Below, piece by piece: positions 47,268 to 59,040 of a stretch of DNA of 64,000 nt. Within the stretch, counting starts at the first letter, position 1. Every line of letters starts with the position of its first letter. The notes beneath the pieces are model-generated. The model searched no databases, had not been told where the DNA came from, and saw only the letters and a program-made list of their open reading frames with translations. The position numbers were made by a program, and so were the translations under genes. Origin of the DNA: Octopus sinensis (Eukaryota); contig NC_043023.1 of assembly GCF_006345805.1 (NCBI RefSeq), forward strand, positions 17,856,001 through 17,920,000. The letters run 5' to 3'.

Positions 47268-49508
47268 ATTAATGCAATATAATACAAATCCTTTAATCTG
47301 AAATAATACTCAGGAAGAGTCGAACCCACTCTGTACAATCTAGGGTACTTTTCAGTTGAACTGTAACAGACAGATCAGCTAAATCTTAAGCTTAAAGAAT
47401 TTTGTAGAATTATAACTAATGTGTTTTTATTTCTAAAAAGGTATCCGGTTTATGATATCAACCAAAATTTTACCGATGACGTCTTTAATAAACGTAACTT
47501 TCATAATACCGGACTATGTTACACGTTTCATTTACGTAATTTCAGAGTCAGGCAATTTAAGCGGATCTCGTAATTATCTGCAGTTTAATTAGTCTAACAA
47601 TATCACTTTTAATTGTAAACGTAATATAGACATGCAATAATTAACTGTCATTCTGTTACTAAATCAGCTAATATCAATATAACTGTAACAATAAACATCT
47701 TAAATTTAGGAAATGATGTTGCGAATTACGGTACCCGGGGGGCAGCCCAGCAAGCCAATTTGATTAAAGTGGGGGAAGTAGGCATACCCGGCCGGATTAT
47801 TTGCGTAAAGTGGATCTTCGTTGCCCGGTTCATTTCGACTCCTCACATGTCATCATTACACCAATGTCTTCGTTGACAAATCCACACTGTATGCAGTTCT
47901 TCGTCGTCTGACCTCACCCAACTCTCATCTCTAACTCTTCCCATCGCCTAACTCTTATCCGATTTTTAATTACCCACAAGGGTCTAACATAGACGGACAA
48001 TATGCACATTTGGGGACAATTAACATATGGAAGAACAGAAGAAGAAGAAGAAGAAGAAGAAGAAGGGGAAGAAGAAGAAGAAGGGGAAGAAGAAGAGGAT
48101 GAAGAAGAAAAAGAAGAAGAAGAACAATAAGAAGAAGAAGAAGAAAATGGAGAAAGTGCAGGACGATAAGATGTGGAAGAAGAGAAAGTAAAACAAGAAT
48201 GGTAGGACAAAAACAACATCAAATCAACAACATTAAAACAATATTAGAGGAAGTAGAAGAAGAAAACGGAGACGAAGAATATGTATATGGAGATAATAAC
48301 TAATACGATGAAACGAAGGAAACGAAAATGACGAAAAGAAGAAGAAGACGAAGAAAAAGAGGAGGAGTAGGAAAAAGAATAGGAAGGAAGAGGAGAGGAG
48401 GTAATGAAGATGAAGTGGAAGTAGAAGTTAAAGAAGAAGAGAAAGAGGTGATAAATAAGTAGGAGAAGAAAAGAAGAAGAAAGGAAGAAGAATAAGTCCA
48501 AGAAGAATTTTATAAATGAGTTTTATAAATGATGTAGTTCTAAATGTACAAATGCCATCGGTATTGAAGCATGTTATTTAGCGTAAACACCAGACATAAT
48601 ATCCATAACGAATGATAGACACAGATGAATAGGGATTTGTATGTTCATAGTGATGATAAACATGGTGTTGATGCTGATGATGTTGGTGGTGAAGTTTCTC
48701 TTGTCGATGATGATGAACATATAATACCGTGTGAAAGGAAAATGACGAGAGTGAACGAAATTACAAACATGGAAATATATCGGCAATGATATACTATAAA
48801 TGAAGATTGATTTAACTTACAGATAATTTAAATTAGTCAAATATTGGAAGGTTTCTGGTTTGATTTCAGTGAGACCATTAGCCGACAAATCCCTGGAACA
48901 TAAAATTGAGTCAAGATGAAACTTTATGGAACATGTTTTTGGAAGTATATAACATATTTCGAGTAAGGAATTAGACTATGGAAATCATGAAGAGTTCATT
49001 ACGGTTCTGTTGAAATTGATAATGACGATGATGATGATGTTCAAGTGGGTGTAACTAACTGCGGTTGTCTATGGTAATGAATAAAGTTGATGATGAACCT
49101 GACAATGTTGACGGCTGAGAGAAAGAATAGTGTTGCGGAGAATAGTCTCGGTAATGATGATGGGAACGAAGAACGTTTCGGCAACCACTACCCTGGGATG
49201 ATCATCAAGCAAGCAAGCGTGTGTTTATGCACACACGTGTGTATGTAAGCATGTGTGTATGTATGTGTGTTTCTGTATGCGCGTGTGTGTTAACTCAATA
49301 GTTGAACATGAAGTACAAAGAATATTACATCTTCATAATTTATTTGTTGAGGCATTTTCTTCATATTACATTCATTGGTTAATCAGCCCAAGATTTCCTC
49401 AAGATGCCACAAAGTATCTGCTCGGATTTCAAATCCCTATTCCATTACGTTACATATGTGTGTGTGTGTGGCTCTGTATATATATGTATGTATATGCATA
49501 TGTATATA

Positions 49509-50398
49509 CGAGGGGATATACTAAAGTAACCGTAAATGTTCTCTGTAAGACCAACCCTTTGTAGTTCAGGTTTCCGTCGCTAAACTCCAATTGATGCGAC
49601 TGTCAGGCATCAGTCAGCCAACCGGCGTTATCCGCTAGTGTTGTACTGCCGGGTAGTTCTTCTTTGTTTTGACGTGATTCTGCTCAGTTCGTATGTTTCT
49701 TGCAATGGCTGGAACGAAGGAACATTGTGCTTCTGTGAAATTCTGTTTACTGCTGCTGAAAACTGCAGATGAAACAATTCTCATGCATCCCATCACAAGG
49801 ATGATGCAATGGGCAAAGCACAAGTTTATGAATGGTTTTCACGATTTAGCAATGGTCACTTGTCGCTTGAAAACCAACCTCATTCATGACAACCGTCGAC
49901 CTCCCAAACATCATGAAAATTCATGATCTGATCCTGGAGGACTGTCACTGAGCAATTGATGAACTTGTTGACATGTCAGTTTTGTCCTCGAGCTCCTGCC
50001 AATGAATTTTGTGTGAGGAATTGTGAATGAAACACGTTCCAGCAAAATCTGTTTCTCGTTTGCTCACGGAATGTCAAAAACTGTCATGGCTGAATGCGTG
50101 TCGTGAGGTAGAAGAACGGCTATGAGGTAATCTGAATGTTTTTTCGAAGGTCATCACTTGTGGCGAAAGCTGGTGCTACGGAATTTGAAGATGTTGAAGT
50201 GAGGAAAGAAAACGATGGGGGCGTTAAAAAGCATCACTTCGGAATAGGTCCAACACTGATTCCAGTAGCTGAAAAGGCGCCTGCAACGATGCATTGATTA
50301 AAATGGAGAATACTTTGAACACAATAAAAGTGTAAATATGTAAAACTAAGTCAATAATATATTATATCAAAATTACGTTTCTTTTGGGCAGCCCCTCG
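49509..50398 (+). mobile_element. Internally deleted mariner element with both TIRs (890 bp)
   Basis: TA|CGAGGGGATATACTAAAGTAACCGTAA ... TTACGTTTCTTTTGGGCAGCCCCTCG|TA: imperfect ~27-bp TIRs with TA TSD. Transposase N-terminus to KVITCGESWCYG is joined directly to the C-terminal ...RCID*NGEYFE. Confidence 0.9.
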
Positions 50399-50905
50399 TA
50401 TGTATGTACACACAAGCGGCTAAGGCCGAGCTTCCCTGGGATTATTAATACCTAAAATAGATATCATCTCATCATTTCCTGATATTTTGTGTAAACCGTT
50501 GTTTAAAAGATGCCAAGATGCAGAAAATCCTCAGTTTGTCTGTGAATGTTAATTCACTGAGAATTGTAAATAAACAGAACATAAGAAAAAACTAAAATAC
50601 ACTTTACTTTTATATTTATATTTTCTGTGGTAAAGGTTTTTATAACGTACGCTACACATTTTCAAAATATCTTTAAAGTAATTGTTTTTCTAACAAGTAA
50701 ATTTTACTATGACTAACGTAGTGCTTGAAGTATACAATGTTCTTATTTTGCCCTTGGTTGCAGACAAGGGATGAAGATCTCACATTTGATAATTAGGATG
50801 TCGGTTGGCAAGCTAAGACTTCATAGTTTTTATCTTACAGAATATGGCTTATTGTACACGGTACCTTATATATCTACGCCTTTGCAACTATACTCCACAT
50901 AACAT

Positions 50906-51050
50906 GAAGAAAAAGAAGAAGAAGAAGAAGAAGAAGAAGAAGAAGAAGAAGAAGATGAAGAGAAGAAGAAGAAGAAGAAGAAGAAGAAGAAGAAGAAGAA
51001 AAAGAAGAAGAAGAAGAAGAAAAAGAGGAAAAGAAGAAGAAAAAGAAGAA
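50906..51050. repeat. (GAA)n microsatellite
   Basis: Direct reading. Further GAA-rich tracts lie at about 43389-43780, 48038-48500 and 53300-53549. Confidence 0.97.
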
Positions 51051-52446
51051 AAAAATATTTATAATAATAATAATATTTTGGGCCACAACCGATTGTGCCC
51101 TTTGTTTATCCCCGCAAGAATCGATGCCAGATGAAGAAATAATTATAGTTATAAGTCATTTGCATTATTCGGTAGCTTCATAACAACGATGTTAACTAAG
51201 TCTAAAAGGGTTAGAGTTAATACATTTCGGAAACTACATAGAAGCCCCTTTGTCTAACTTCGGATCATTGACACCATTGGCCAATGAATGACTTTCTCAC
51301 TGAGACTACACCGCTGTCATATTGTCTCCCACGGCTTCGCCTGTAACCCTAGATTGAATGGAAGATGGGTGATACGCTGAGCCAAAGGGCAGCTGTGTTT
51401 GCGCCAACAAAGTATTCCCTTATTTGACGTAATCCCTATATTTAAAGGCTGTTCCATTGTCCACCGCCTGGTAACCTACCGAATAGTAGATACTCACACA
51501 AGATTTACTCATTCACACACACATTCATAGCCATCCTTAAATTGAGAGAGAGAATGTCTTGGCAACATATCTAATGCTTTTACTAATTGCTTCAGGTGCC
51601 TAAGTATTTCGAGTAGGCATAGATACGCTTTTATATCTCCAAACCTTACCCTAACCCAGCTGTCGCATCCAATAATTTACTGGTACACATTTACAGCTGA
51701 GTAGACTGGATCATTCCTGATCAACGTCCCAAACACCGAGATTAGTTCAAGAACTGAACCAATCACATTATGATCGTGCAGCGACATGCTAATCACTGTA
51801 TCATATCTTTCACACACACTGAGGTACTACAAGTAGAAACTGATACCAACAGCTCAAATGCTGGATCCACGCTCAAATCACATCCAGTGCTATGGCAGTT
51901 TTAACAGTCGAAACATATCAGCTCAGATTTAATCTATTGGCTGAGGCTAAAGTCACAGAGATGGGAAAATGATAGAATATCATCAAATGCCTGACAAGAA
52001 ATTCAAAGTTGTCTCTTGAATAACGTCCAACTTCTTTTCACGCAAAAACAATCTAAAAATCTAAGGATTCTGGCAGCCATAAAGAATTCTCTTTTGTTTT
52101 CTTTGGATCATGAAGGAAGTCTCTTTTGAAGAAAAACAGTACTAAAAGTTGATCCCGTGTATATCTAGGACTGAATTTAAAAGACAATTATTTTTCTTTT
52201 TAGAACCAGAACATATTTCACCCCTCAACAACTCCCACTTTTTGACGCTCAAGTAACCAAAGTAAGACCACTCTTTTTTTTAACATTCCTTCAGTAATAT
52301 TAACCGCTATGTTTAGTTCTTCATCCTCAGAACATCGGATTCCGGAATGTCCTCCATGTTCCTGTCTTCTTTCCGGCGGGAATTTATCTGTAACAACTTA
52401 AACGGAGCATTACCATCATCACTCTCACCCATATCACACAACCAGC

Positions 52447-53297
52447 GAAATTAATGATCTCTACTCCTTCTTCAAAACGCAGAAAGTAAAAACAATTGGG
52501 ATTTGAACTTAAAATACAAAGAACTAGAAAATTTCCATACGAGACCCAGTCCCACATCCCTACACTTTGTCTAGTCCACTGGCCTCTTTAAGTACGCAAA
52601 ACCTCGTACGTTAAGGACGTCCTCGGCTAGATTTTAAGTTAGAATACCGAATGCTAGATTAAATACCACAAGGTGTCACTCAACTCGACGGCCTGCAGGT
52701 TCGGCCAATTTTTGACTAAATTATGAATTAAAATTAAGAAAATTTAAAATTTCTAAATAATATATATCGTATATTCACCATCTGCAGATATACGGATTTC
52801 TATTTAATTCAGACAATCCCAAATGTGTAGAGAAGCAAGTGAATTCGCTTGAATCGATCGAATATAGTATTGAAATAGTTTATTTAAACTGGAAACTTGA
52901 AATATTTAATGCCATATAACTTTTTCTACTGTAGGCACAAGACCCGAAATTTTGGAGGAAGGAGAGTCGATTAGATCGATCCTAGTACGCAATTGTTACT
53001 TAATTTATCGACCCCGAAAGGATGAAGGCAATGTCGACTTCGGCGGAATTTGAAGTCAGAACGATTAATGCAATATAATACAAATCCTTTAATCTGAAAT
53101 AATACTCAGGAAGAGTCGAACCCACTCTGTACAATCTCGGGTACTTTTCAGTTGAACTGTAACAGCGAGATCAGCTAAATCATAAGCTTAAAGAATTTTG
53201 TAGAATTATAACTAATGTGTTTTTATTTCTAAAAATGTATCGGGTTTATGATATCACCCTAAATTTTACCGATGATGTCTTTAATAAAAATAAGTTT
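52447..53297. repeat. Local segmental duplication, copy C (matches 41992-42840)
   Basis: Begins GAAATTAATGATCTCTACTCCTTCTTCAAAACGCAG, versus GAAATTAATGAGCTCTATTCCTTCTTCAAAACGCAG at 41992. Contains SINE copy 3 at 52933-53063. Confidence 0.9.
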
Positions 53298-53857
53298 CAC
53301 GAAGAAAACGAAAATGATGAAAAGAAGAAGAAGACGATGACAGATGCAAAGTAGAAGATAAAAAAAGGAAAATGAATAAGAGTGGCAAAAAATATTAGTG
53401 TGCAGATAGTGCAAAAGGAACATCTAGAAGAAGAAGAAGAAGAAGATGACGAAGAAGCAGAAAAAGAAAAAGAAGAAGAAGAAAAAGAAACAGAAAAAGA
53501 CGTAGGAGAAGAGGAAGAAGAAGAAGAGGTAGTAGAAAAGAAGAAGAAAAATAATAATAATAATAATAATAATCAATTCTTTTTTATTGGCCACAAGGGC
53601 TGACACGCATGATTACATAAAGGGACAAGACAGGACGAAAGGTTACAAAGGGTTTTGCCGTTTTTTTTAAAAACATCGAGTAAAAATCTTTATAACAACT
53701 TATAAAATTCAACAATGAAAAACTCCCAAAAGGGGGAGACGTCTCGAAAGGTTCCTGGTGGAAAAAACCCTACAAAAGCCAACGGGAGCCTGGTCAAAAA
53801 AAAGGGGGTGTAGAGAGTCCCCCTTCTTCTCCTTTTACATTACCTTTTTCTTTGAAA

Positions 53858-56800
53858 TCACAGGCGAAACCTGAGAACTGGTCCATTTATACAGGCCAGT
53901 CTCGCACAATTCACCCACCTTTCATAAAACTTGCTATCGGACAGCACTTTCCTCTCTAACCTCATCTTCCTTTTCAAGTGAAACTTGAAAAAGTTGATGA
54001 GGCCTTGACCAAAGAGGAAAGTGTCTGTCTTTAGTCCTTTCAAACGAGTCCACCACACCACCTCTTTCGCCACAGCCACTAGGCACAAGAAAACGGCCTC
54101 GCCCTCCTTGTTAAAGGAGGTCGGCGGGGCAATCTTCACTATGGATTCGGCCGATAGTCGGATCCGTCCTACACGTGACAGTAGCTGTTCGACATAAACC
54201 CATATTTCAGCAATACTCGGGCACTGGACGAGTGCGTGCAGGACGGTTTCGTCGTCCTGGCAACACCTCGGGCAGGCCCGGCTGACGGCACTTCCGTGCC
54301 GGTAGAGTTTATCTCGAACAGGCAGAGCCCCTCGGTAGCACTGCCAAGCGAGAGACCTCTGGAAATTATCCATCGGCCCCGGCCCGAAAGTCCTCCCGAA
54401 CAGACCGCACAGTTCGTCATCTTCAACGCCTAGAGTTTCCCCGAGAACGTCGTCGCATTTTTCCTCCACTAACCCTCTATAGAACGCTAGAGTGGAGCTG
54501 TAACCGACCGCATTGCCCGCCTGGCGGAGGGCGGAGAGGGCTTGACGGCACTCGAGGTGCCAAGCGCCCTTTCTCGGTCTACGTTTGATCCAGGTCTGCA
54601 GCTCCGTCAAAGAGACGAGCTGCGGAAAATCGCGTCTGACAAAAGACGACCACACCTGTTCACCGTCTAGGAAGCGCTTGAGATGCCGCAGCCTGAGCGC
54701 ATGTCTGCGCAACAGCAACCACGGCATTCCAAGGCCTCCGTTCAGCGGTCGTTGACAGCAGATGGATCGCCTGACCAGTGGCACCTGACCCTTCCACAAA
54801 AAGTCGAAGAGCAGACGTACCAGCTTGGCCAACCAGCGGTCGGGACAAGGGACGACGGTCAAGCGGTAATAGATGACGGATGCGATGTACGCATTCGCCA
54901 CCTCCACTCGACCTTTCAGGGACAGCTTCCTCTCGGCCCATTTCTGGGTGAGACGTGCCACCCTGCTCGTCACCTCTTCCCAGTTCTTATCCACCTGGAG
55001 GTCCGGACCGAACCAGACCCCGAGCAGTTTAACGGGTCCGTCTGTCCAGCGCCCTACGACGCTGTTGGACGGCATGGGCTTGCCTCTCCAGGTGCCCAGT
55101 TGCAAGCCCACAGACTTTTCCGCGTTAATCTTTGCTCCTGTCACCGCTTCGTACTGGTTTAGCGTCTCGCCAATCAGGCCAATGTGCCTGTGGCTCGACA
55201 CCACCACGGTGACGTCGTCGGCATAGGCAGACACGCTGTTTCCGCCTCCTAGATCGCGCGGGATACCCCTCAAAGCCTCCAACTTGCGCAGTAATGGCTC
55301 GAGAGTCAAAATGTACAAGAGGGAGGAGAGAGGGCATCCTTGGCGGACCGAACGCGAGATGTCGAACGGTTCCGAAAGGTGACCGTTCACCCGTATCACC
55401 GAGCAGATGTTGCTGTATAAAGCAGCGATCCACCCGCGGAAGACTGGACCGAAGCCGGCTGCCCTGAGGACAGCTGCCAGGTACCGATGGTCGACCCTAT
55501 CGAAGGCTTTACTCTGATCCAAGTTGATCAAAGCCCCACCCGCGCCAGCGTCGTTACCCACCCTCTCTATGATGTAGCGCATGAGATGGAGGTTGTCGTG
55601 TATCGACCTGGTCGGCACGGCGCATGTCTGCGTCTTGCCGACCAGCTTGTCCACGACAAGCGCCAATCTCTTGGCTAGCACCTTGGCCAAAATCTTCAAC
55701 TCTGCATTGAGCAGAGTGATGGGCCGGAAATTCCCTATAACGTCCCCCTTGTTTGGGTCCTTCTTTAGCAAAGCCACCACCCCTCGACAGACAAAAGCAG
55801 GAATTCTCCCGTTTTGCTGCCAGTTGCAGTAGACGTTTGCCAACAGGTCCGCAAACAAGTCTGGCATTGAAAAGTAAAGCTCGTAGGGCAGACCATCCAA
55901 ACCCGGCGATCTACCTCTCGTGCAACTCTTCATCGCTTCCTGTACTTCCCAGGCAGATATCGGTCCTTCGCAGCACTCTGCCTCGCTGTCCGAGAGTTGC
56001 GGCAGTCCGTCCAGGTACACACCGAAGTCTGTACCGTTGGTGTCCGTTCCACCGCTCGTCCCAAACAGTTGAGCAAAGTGCCGCTGAAGCACCGTACACA
56101 TCTGCTTCGGTTGGGTAACCTCGCGCCCGTTCTGGTCCACCAAAGACCGAATGGTTGCTCTGTTGCCTCGCTTCGCCTCCGCCACGCGGGCCCATCGAGC
56201 GGCTCTAGTCCCCTCCCCGCTTAGCGAGCGTGCCTTAGCTCTGACAACGCAGCCCTCGTGTTTGGCGTCGAAGTGTTGGTCGAGGGCCAACCTTGCCGCC
56301 AACACGTCGGTCGCGATGCCAGTGTCAAGAGCCTCGTCTAGTTTCTTAACTAAATCCCGCTCTCTCTTCCTACGTTCAATAGCTAGAGTCTTACTATACC
56401 TAATCGACTCTACTCTAATTGCTCTCTTGAGGGCAAACCACCAGTTGTTGTTGATGATTGCCCCCGTGAGCGCCCGCTTAACTTGTAAACTAATCCGGTC
56501 TCTGTAAGCTTTGCACGCCGTTAACGACGCGTTCAGCTTCCAGTAGCCGGGTCCCTGTCTATGTAGCCTATCTAAGTCGACCGTACAGATCACTAATTTG
56601 TGGTCCGTATATTCGACTAGGTGGAATTGTGGACACCCTACGCTGTCCTTATCCGCTGGCCTACAAAACACTCTATCTAAGTACGATCTAGACGACCCGA
56701 TGCGGTTTGTCCAAGTCCACATTGGCACATTCGGGTTGTCTAGTCGAAACCTGTCGGACAGCTGAAAGCGGCCGAGTAGGTTGGCGAGGCTCTTGCACCC

Positions 56801-57292
56801 TCCCCCTCTCCTATCAGACGCTCCCCTGCCCACCCGATCGAAACGTTCGTCTAAGACAGCGTTCCAATCCCCAACTAGCACTAGAGTGCGTGACGTTCCC
56901 AGGAAAACTTCCAGACGTTTGAAATAATCCGACTGCCCTGCTCCTGTCGGAGCGTAGGCAGCCAGCAGTCTGAAAGCACCGCCGTCACTACCGTCGACGT
57001 CGAGGACCACCAACTTACCTTCCGGATCTAAGAAGACTGTCCTTATTTTCAGGTCCAGACCCTTCCGAAACAACACCGCAGTACCACCACCGCCCGCTCC
57101 CGGCCGACACGGAGATAGAAATATCTCGTATCCGCCGAAAAGGGCTGCGAGTTCCTGCGGGTGGGAGAGCCTGGTTTCACTGATGGCTGCTACATCCACA
57201 TCATGAAACCTCAGGTCGTTTAACAGGTGACCCTGTTTCCAAGGTGACCCGAGGCCTCTCACATTCAAGCAACCGATTCTAAGATTTGCCAT
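53858..57292 (-). CDS. ORF2p, 1144 aa: APE endonuclease, reverse transcriptase, C-terminal zinc finger
   Basis: Uninterrupted ORF. EN motifs: GCLNVRG, ISETR, LVGDWN, SYLDR, TDHKLV. RT motifs: SPGLDGL, FRPITLLN, DQSKAFDRV, VRQGCPLS, AYADD, LGVWF. Zinc finger: CPRCCQDDETVLHALVQC. Confidence 0.97.
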   Translation of the reverse strand: MANLRIGCLNVRGLGSPWKQGHLLNDLRFHDVDVAAISETRLSHPQELAALFGGYEIFLSPCRPGAGGGGTAVLFRKGLDLKIRTVFLDPEGKLVVLDVDGSDGGAFRLLAAYAPTGAGQSDYFKRLEVFLGTSRTLVLVGDWNAVLDERFDRVGRGASDRRGGGCKSLANLLGRFQLSDRFRLDNPNVPMWTWTNRIGSSRSYLDRVFCRPADKDSVGCPQFHLVEYTDHKLVICTVDLDRLHRQGPGYWKLNASLTACKAYRDRISLQVKRALTGAIINNNWWFALKRAIRVESIRYSKTLAIERRKRERDLVKKLDEALDTGIATDVLAARLALDQHFDAKHEGCVVRAKARSLSGEGTRAARWARVAEAKRGNRATIRSLVDQNGREVTQPKQMCTVLQRHFAQLFGTSGGTDTNGTDFGVYLDGLPQLSDSEAECCEGPISAWEVQEAMKSCTRGRSPGLDGLPYELYFSMPDLFADLLANVYCNWQQNGRIPAFVCRGVVALLKKDPNKGDVIGNFRPITLLNAELKILAKVLAKRLALVVDKLVGKTQTCAVPTRSIHDNLHLMRYIIERVGNDAGAGGALINLDQSKAFDRVDHRYLAAVLRAAGFGPVFRGWIAALYSNICSVIRVNGHLSEPFDISRSVRQGCPLSSLLYILTLEPLLRKLEALRGIPRDLGGGNSVSAYADDVTVVVSSHRHIGLIGETLNQYEAVTGAKINAEKSVGLQLGTWRGKPMPSNSVVGRWTDGPVKLLGVWFGPDLQVDKNWEEVTSRVARLTQKWAERKLSLKGRVEVANAYIASVIYYRLTVVPCPDRWLAKLVRLLFDFLWKGQVPLVRRSICCQRPLNGGLGMPWLLLRRHALRLRHLKRFLDGEQVWSSFVRRDFPQLVSLTELQTWIKRRPRKGAWHLECRQALSALRQAGNAVGYSSTLAFYRGLVEEKCDDVLGETLGVEDDELCGLFGRTFGPGPMDNFQRSLAWQCYRGALPVRDKLYRHGSAVSRACPRCCQDDETVLHALVQCPSIAEIWVYVEQLLSRVGRIRLSAESIVKIAPPTSFNKEGEAVFLCLVAVAKEVVWWTRLKGLKTDTFLFGQGLINFFKFHLKRKMRLERKVLSDSKFYERWVNCARLACINGPVLRFRL

Positions 57293-57332
57293 GTCTCAAA
57301 GTAGGGGAAAAAAAAAGGAGAAAAAAAAAGCT

Positions 57333-58118
57333 CTACTTACTGTTGTTGGTGGTGGGGGTGGCTCCCTTGTGCTTTTGCACGGGTGCTTCCACAATGTTTT
57401 TATAAAGTTTCTTCGAGAAACTTTTCCCTAGCGATCCCACATCGTTAGGGAATATTTGTTTGATTTCATCATATGTTTTTGCATTTATTTTATTGTGAGA
57501 ATGTGTGCTGGTGGTGTTTTGTGTTGGTATGATGAAATGTTATATTTGTACTAGTTTTGTTTTTTAAGTACTCACTAGTTTTTGGTTCTTTGTGTATTGA
57601 TGTAATTGTGTCTGTGTGGTTTGTGTGTGTGGCAGTGGCAGTAGTGGTGTCGAAAGTGTTGTTGTTGTTTGTTGTTGTGAGTGTGTGTTGTTGTTGTTGT
57701 TGTTGATGTTGGGAAGCACTATTTGTTCGTGCTTCCCCTGTAAATCTTTTTGTTTTTTCCTCCTTTTCTTTTTGGAGGCACTATACTCCATTCTCCTTTG
57801 TTGGAATCAGAGCTCGCACAATCCGACTCTTCATCCGGCAAAGGAATGGTTGAGGGGTCTGCTTCAGTAGCAGGACGAAAAGTTTCTGGTTCCCCGGTAT
57901 CGGTGGTGCCGCTGCTCCTGTTACTGTTGATGTCGCTGCTGTCGACCTTCGAGGTACTGGTGTCGGTGTTGGTTTGGTGGTGGTTGTCGGTGGTTGGTGG
58001 TGGTGTGTGGTTGTTGTTGGTGGAGTGGTGTTGTTCGTCTTGGTGCTGGTGTTGGTGATGGTGTTGGTGGTGTGGCAGCCTTTGGTTTTTCTTGCTGTTT
58101 TTGTTGTTTCTGTTTTGT

Positions 58119-58153
<35 letters not shown>

Positions 58154-59040
58154 GCTGCTGCCTCTTGCTATACTCCTCCATTCTCTTTTTTTGAATGGGG
58201 CAGTCCCTTTTTAGGTGGCTTTCGCTACTGCAGAGGAAACATTTTGGCTTTCGCCCCTCTACACATTTAGCCTGGTCCCATCCAGCAAGATGACAAAGTC
58301 AGGTATGGCATTGATGTTTTCCTGTTGGATCTGTACCAGCAGTTGAATACCCATGCCTGACCAGTTCTTTTCTCGTACCCTCCGAACATTCAGAATAGTG
58401 GCAGTGTCCTCTATGCCATAGAGGACAGCCGCCACTAGCCATGAGATTTTCTGTTCGGGGGGTATTGTGCTTATAGTTATTTTTTGTACCTTACCCGAGG
58501 TACGTCGGGACGAGGAACAAATGTTCATTTTGCAAGGCGAAATGGCGTTCGCCCTTGCAAGCTCCTCTGTTGGGAAGCGAACCTCCACGGTTCCAAATCG
58601 CTTCCCTCTTGTCACATAGCTCTTCTGGCCCCAAATGGGCTTCAGAGCCATCTCCAACTGTTGTGGTGTGGCGTTAAACAATCTTTTAGTTTTCTTTTCG
58701 AAGACTTTATAAAAGATTGTTCTTTTGTTTGTCTCTTGTGTGAGTTGTTGAGGTGTGTTGAGGAAAACACTGTTCCCCTCCTTTCTCAACAAATCTTGTG
58801 CCATTTTTATGTCCTCCATTGTAATTTCTACATCTTCCGAAATTTGCTTCGCAGCAGAAGCAAAATCGTTAGAAGCTTTTACAGTTTTTTGTTGGTTCTT
58901 GTCTGTGTTTGTGTCTGTTATAATTTTCTTTACCTCCCCCTTCGGTACAGCATCACTTGTTGAAGGCAGAGGGGGGAAATCAAGAGTGACGTCGAACGCG
59001 ACGTCCTGGCATGCATTCTCCTTTTGAACCGAGCGCGTGC
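57333..59040 (-). pseudogene. ORF1 (gag-like, CCHC) of element 4, with a few single-base frameshifts (may be sequencing errors)
   Basis: DFPPLPS...ASNDFASAAKQISEDVEITMEDIK...IPPEQKISWLV...KNWSG...EGRKPKCFLCSSESHLKRDC (CCHC at 58200-58241), a Q/T-rich tail, and the end ...TTNNSK*. Start not determined. Confidence 0.88.

Larger units (their letters stand above)
46914..50900. repeat. Local segmental duplication, copy B
   Basis: Colinear with 42250-45700, and retains about 470 bp (mariner right end and flank) that copy A lacks. Confidence 0.9.

Noticed and set aside
44803-49926. Repeated ORFs such as MCMYVCFCM... and MPIYFHVCNF... as a small gene family
   Set aside because: They recur only because of the segmental duplications and overlap microsatellite or mariner sequence.
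52130-52446. Short minus-strand frame MGESDDGNAPFKLLQINSRRKEDRNMEDIPESD as a host exon or another ORF1 start
   Set aside because: It stops after about 40 codons and has no recognisable motif or convincing splice context.
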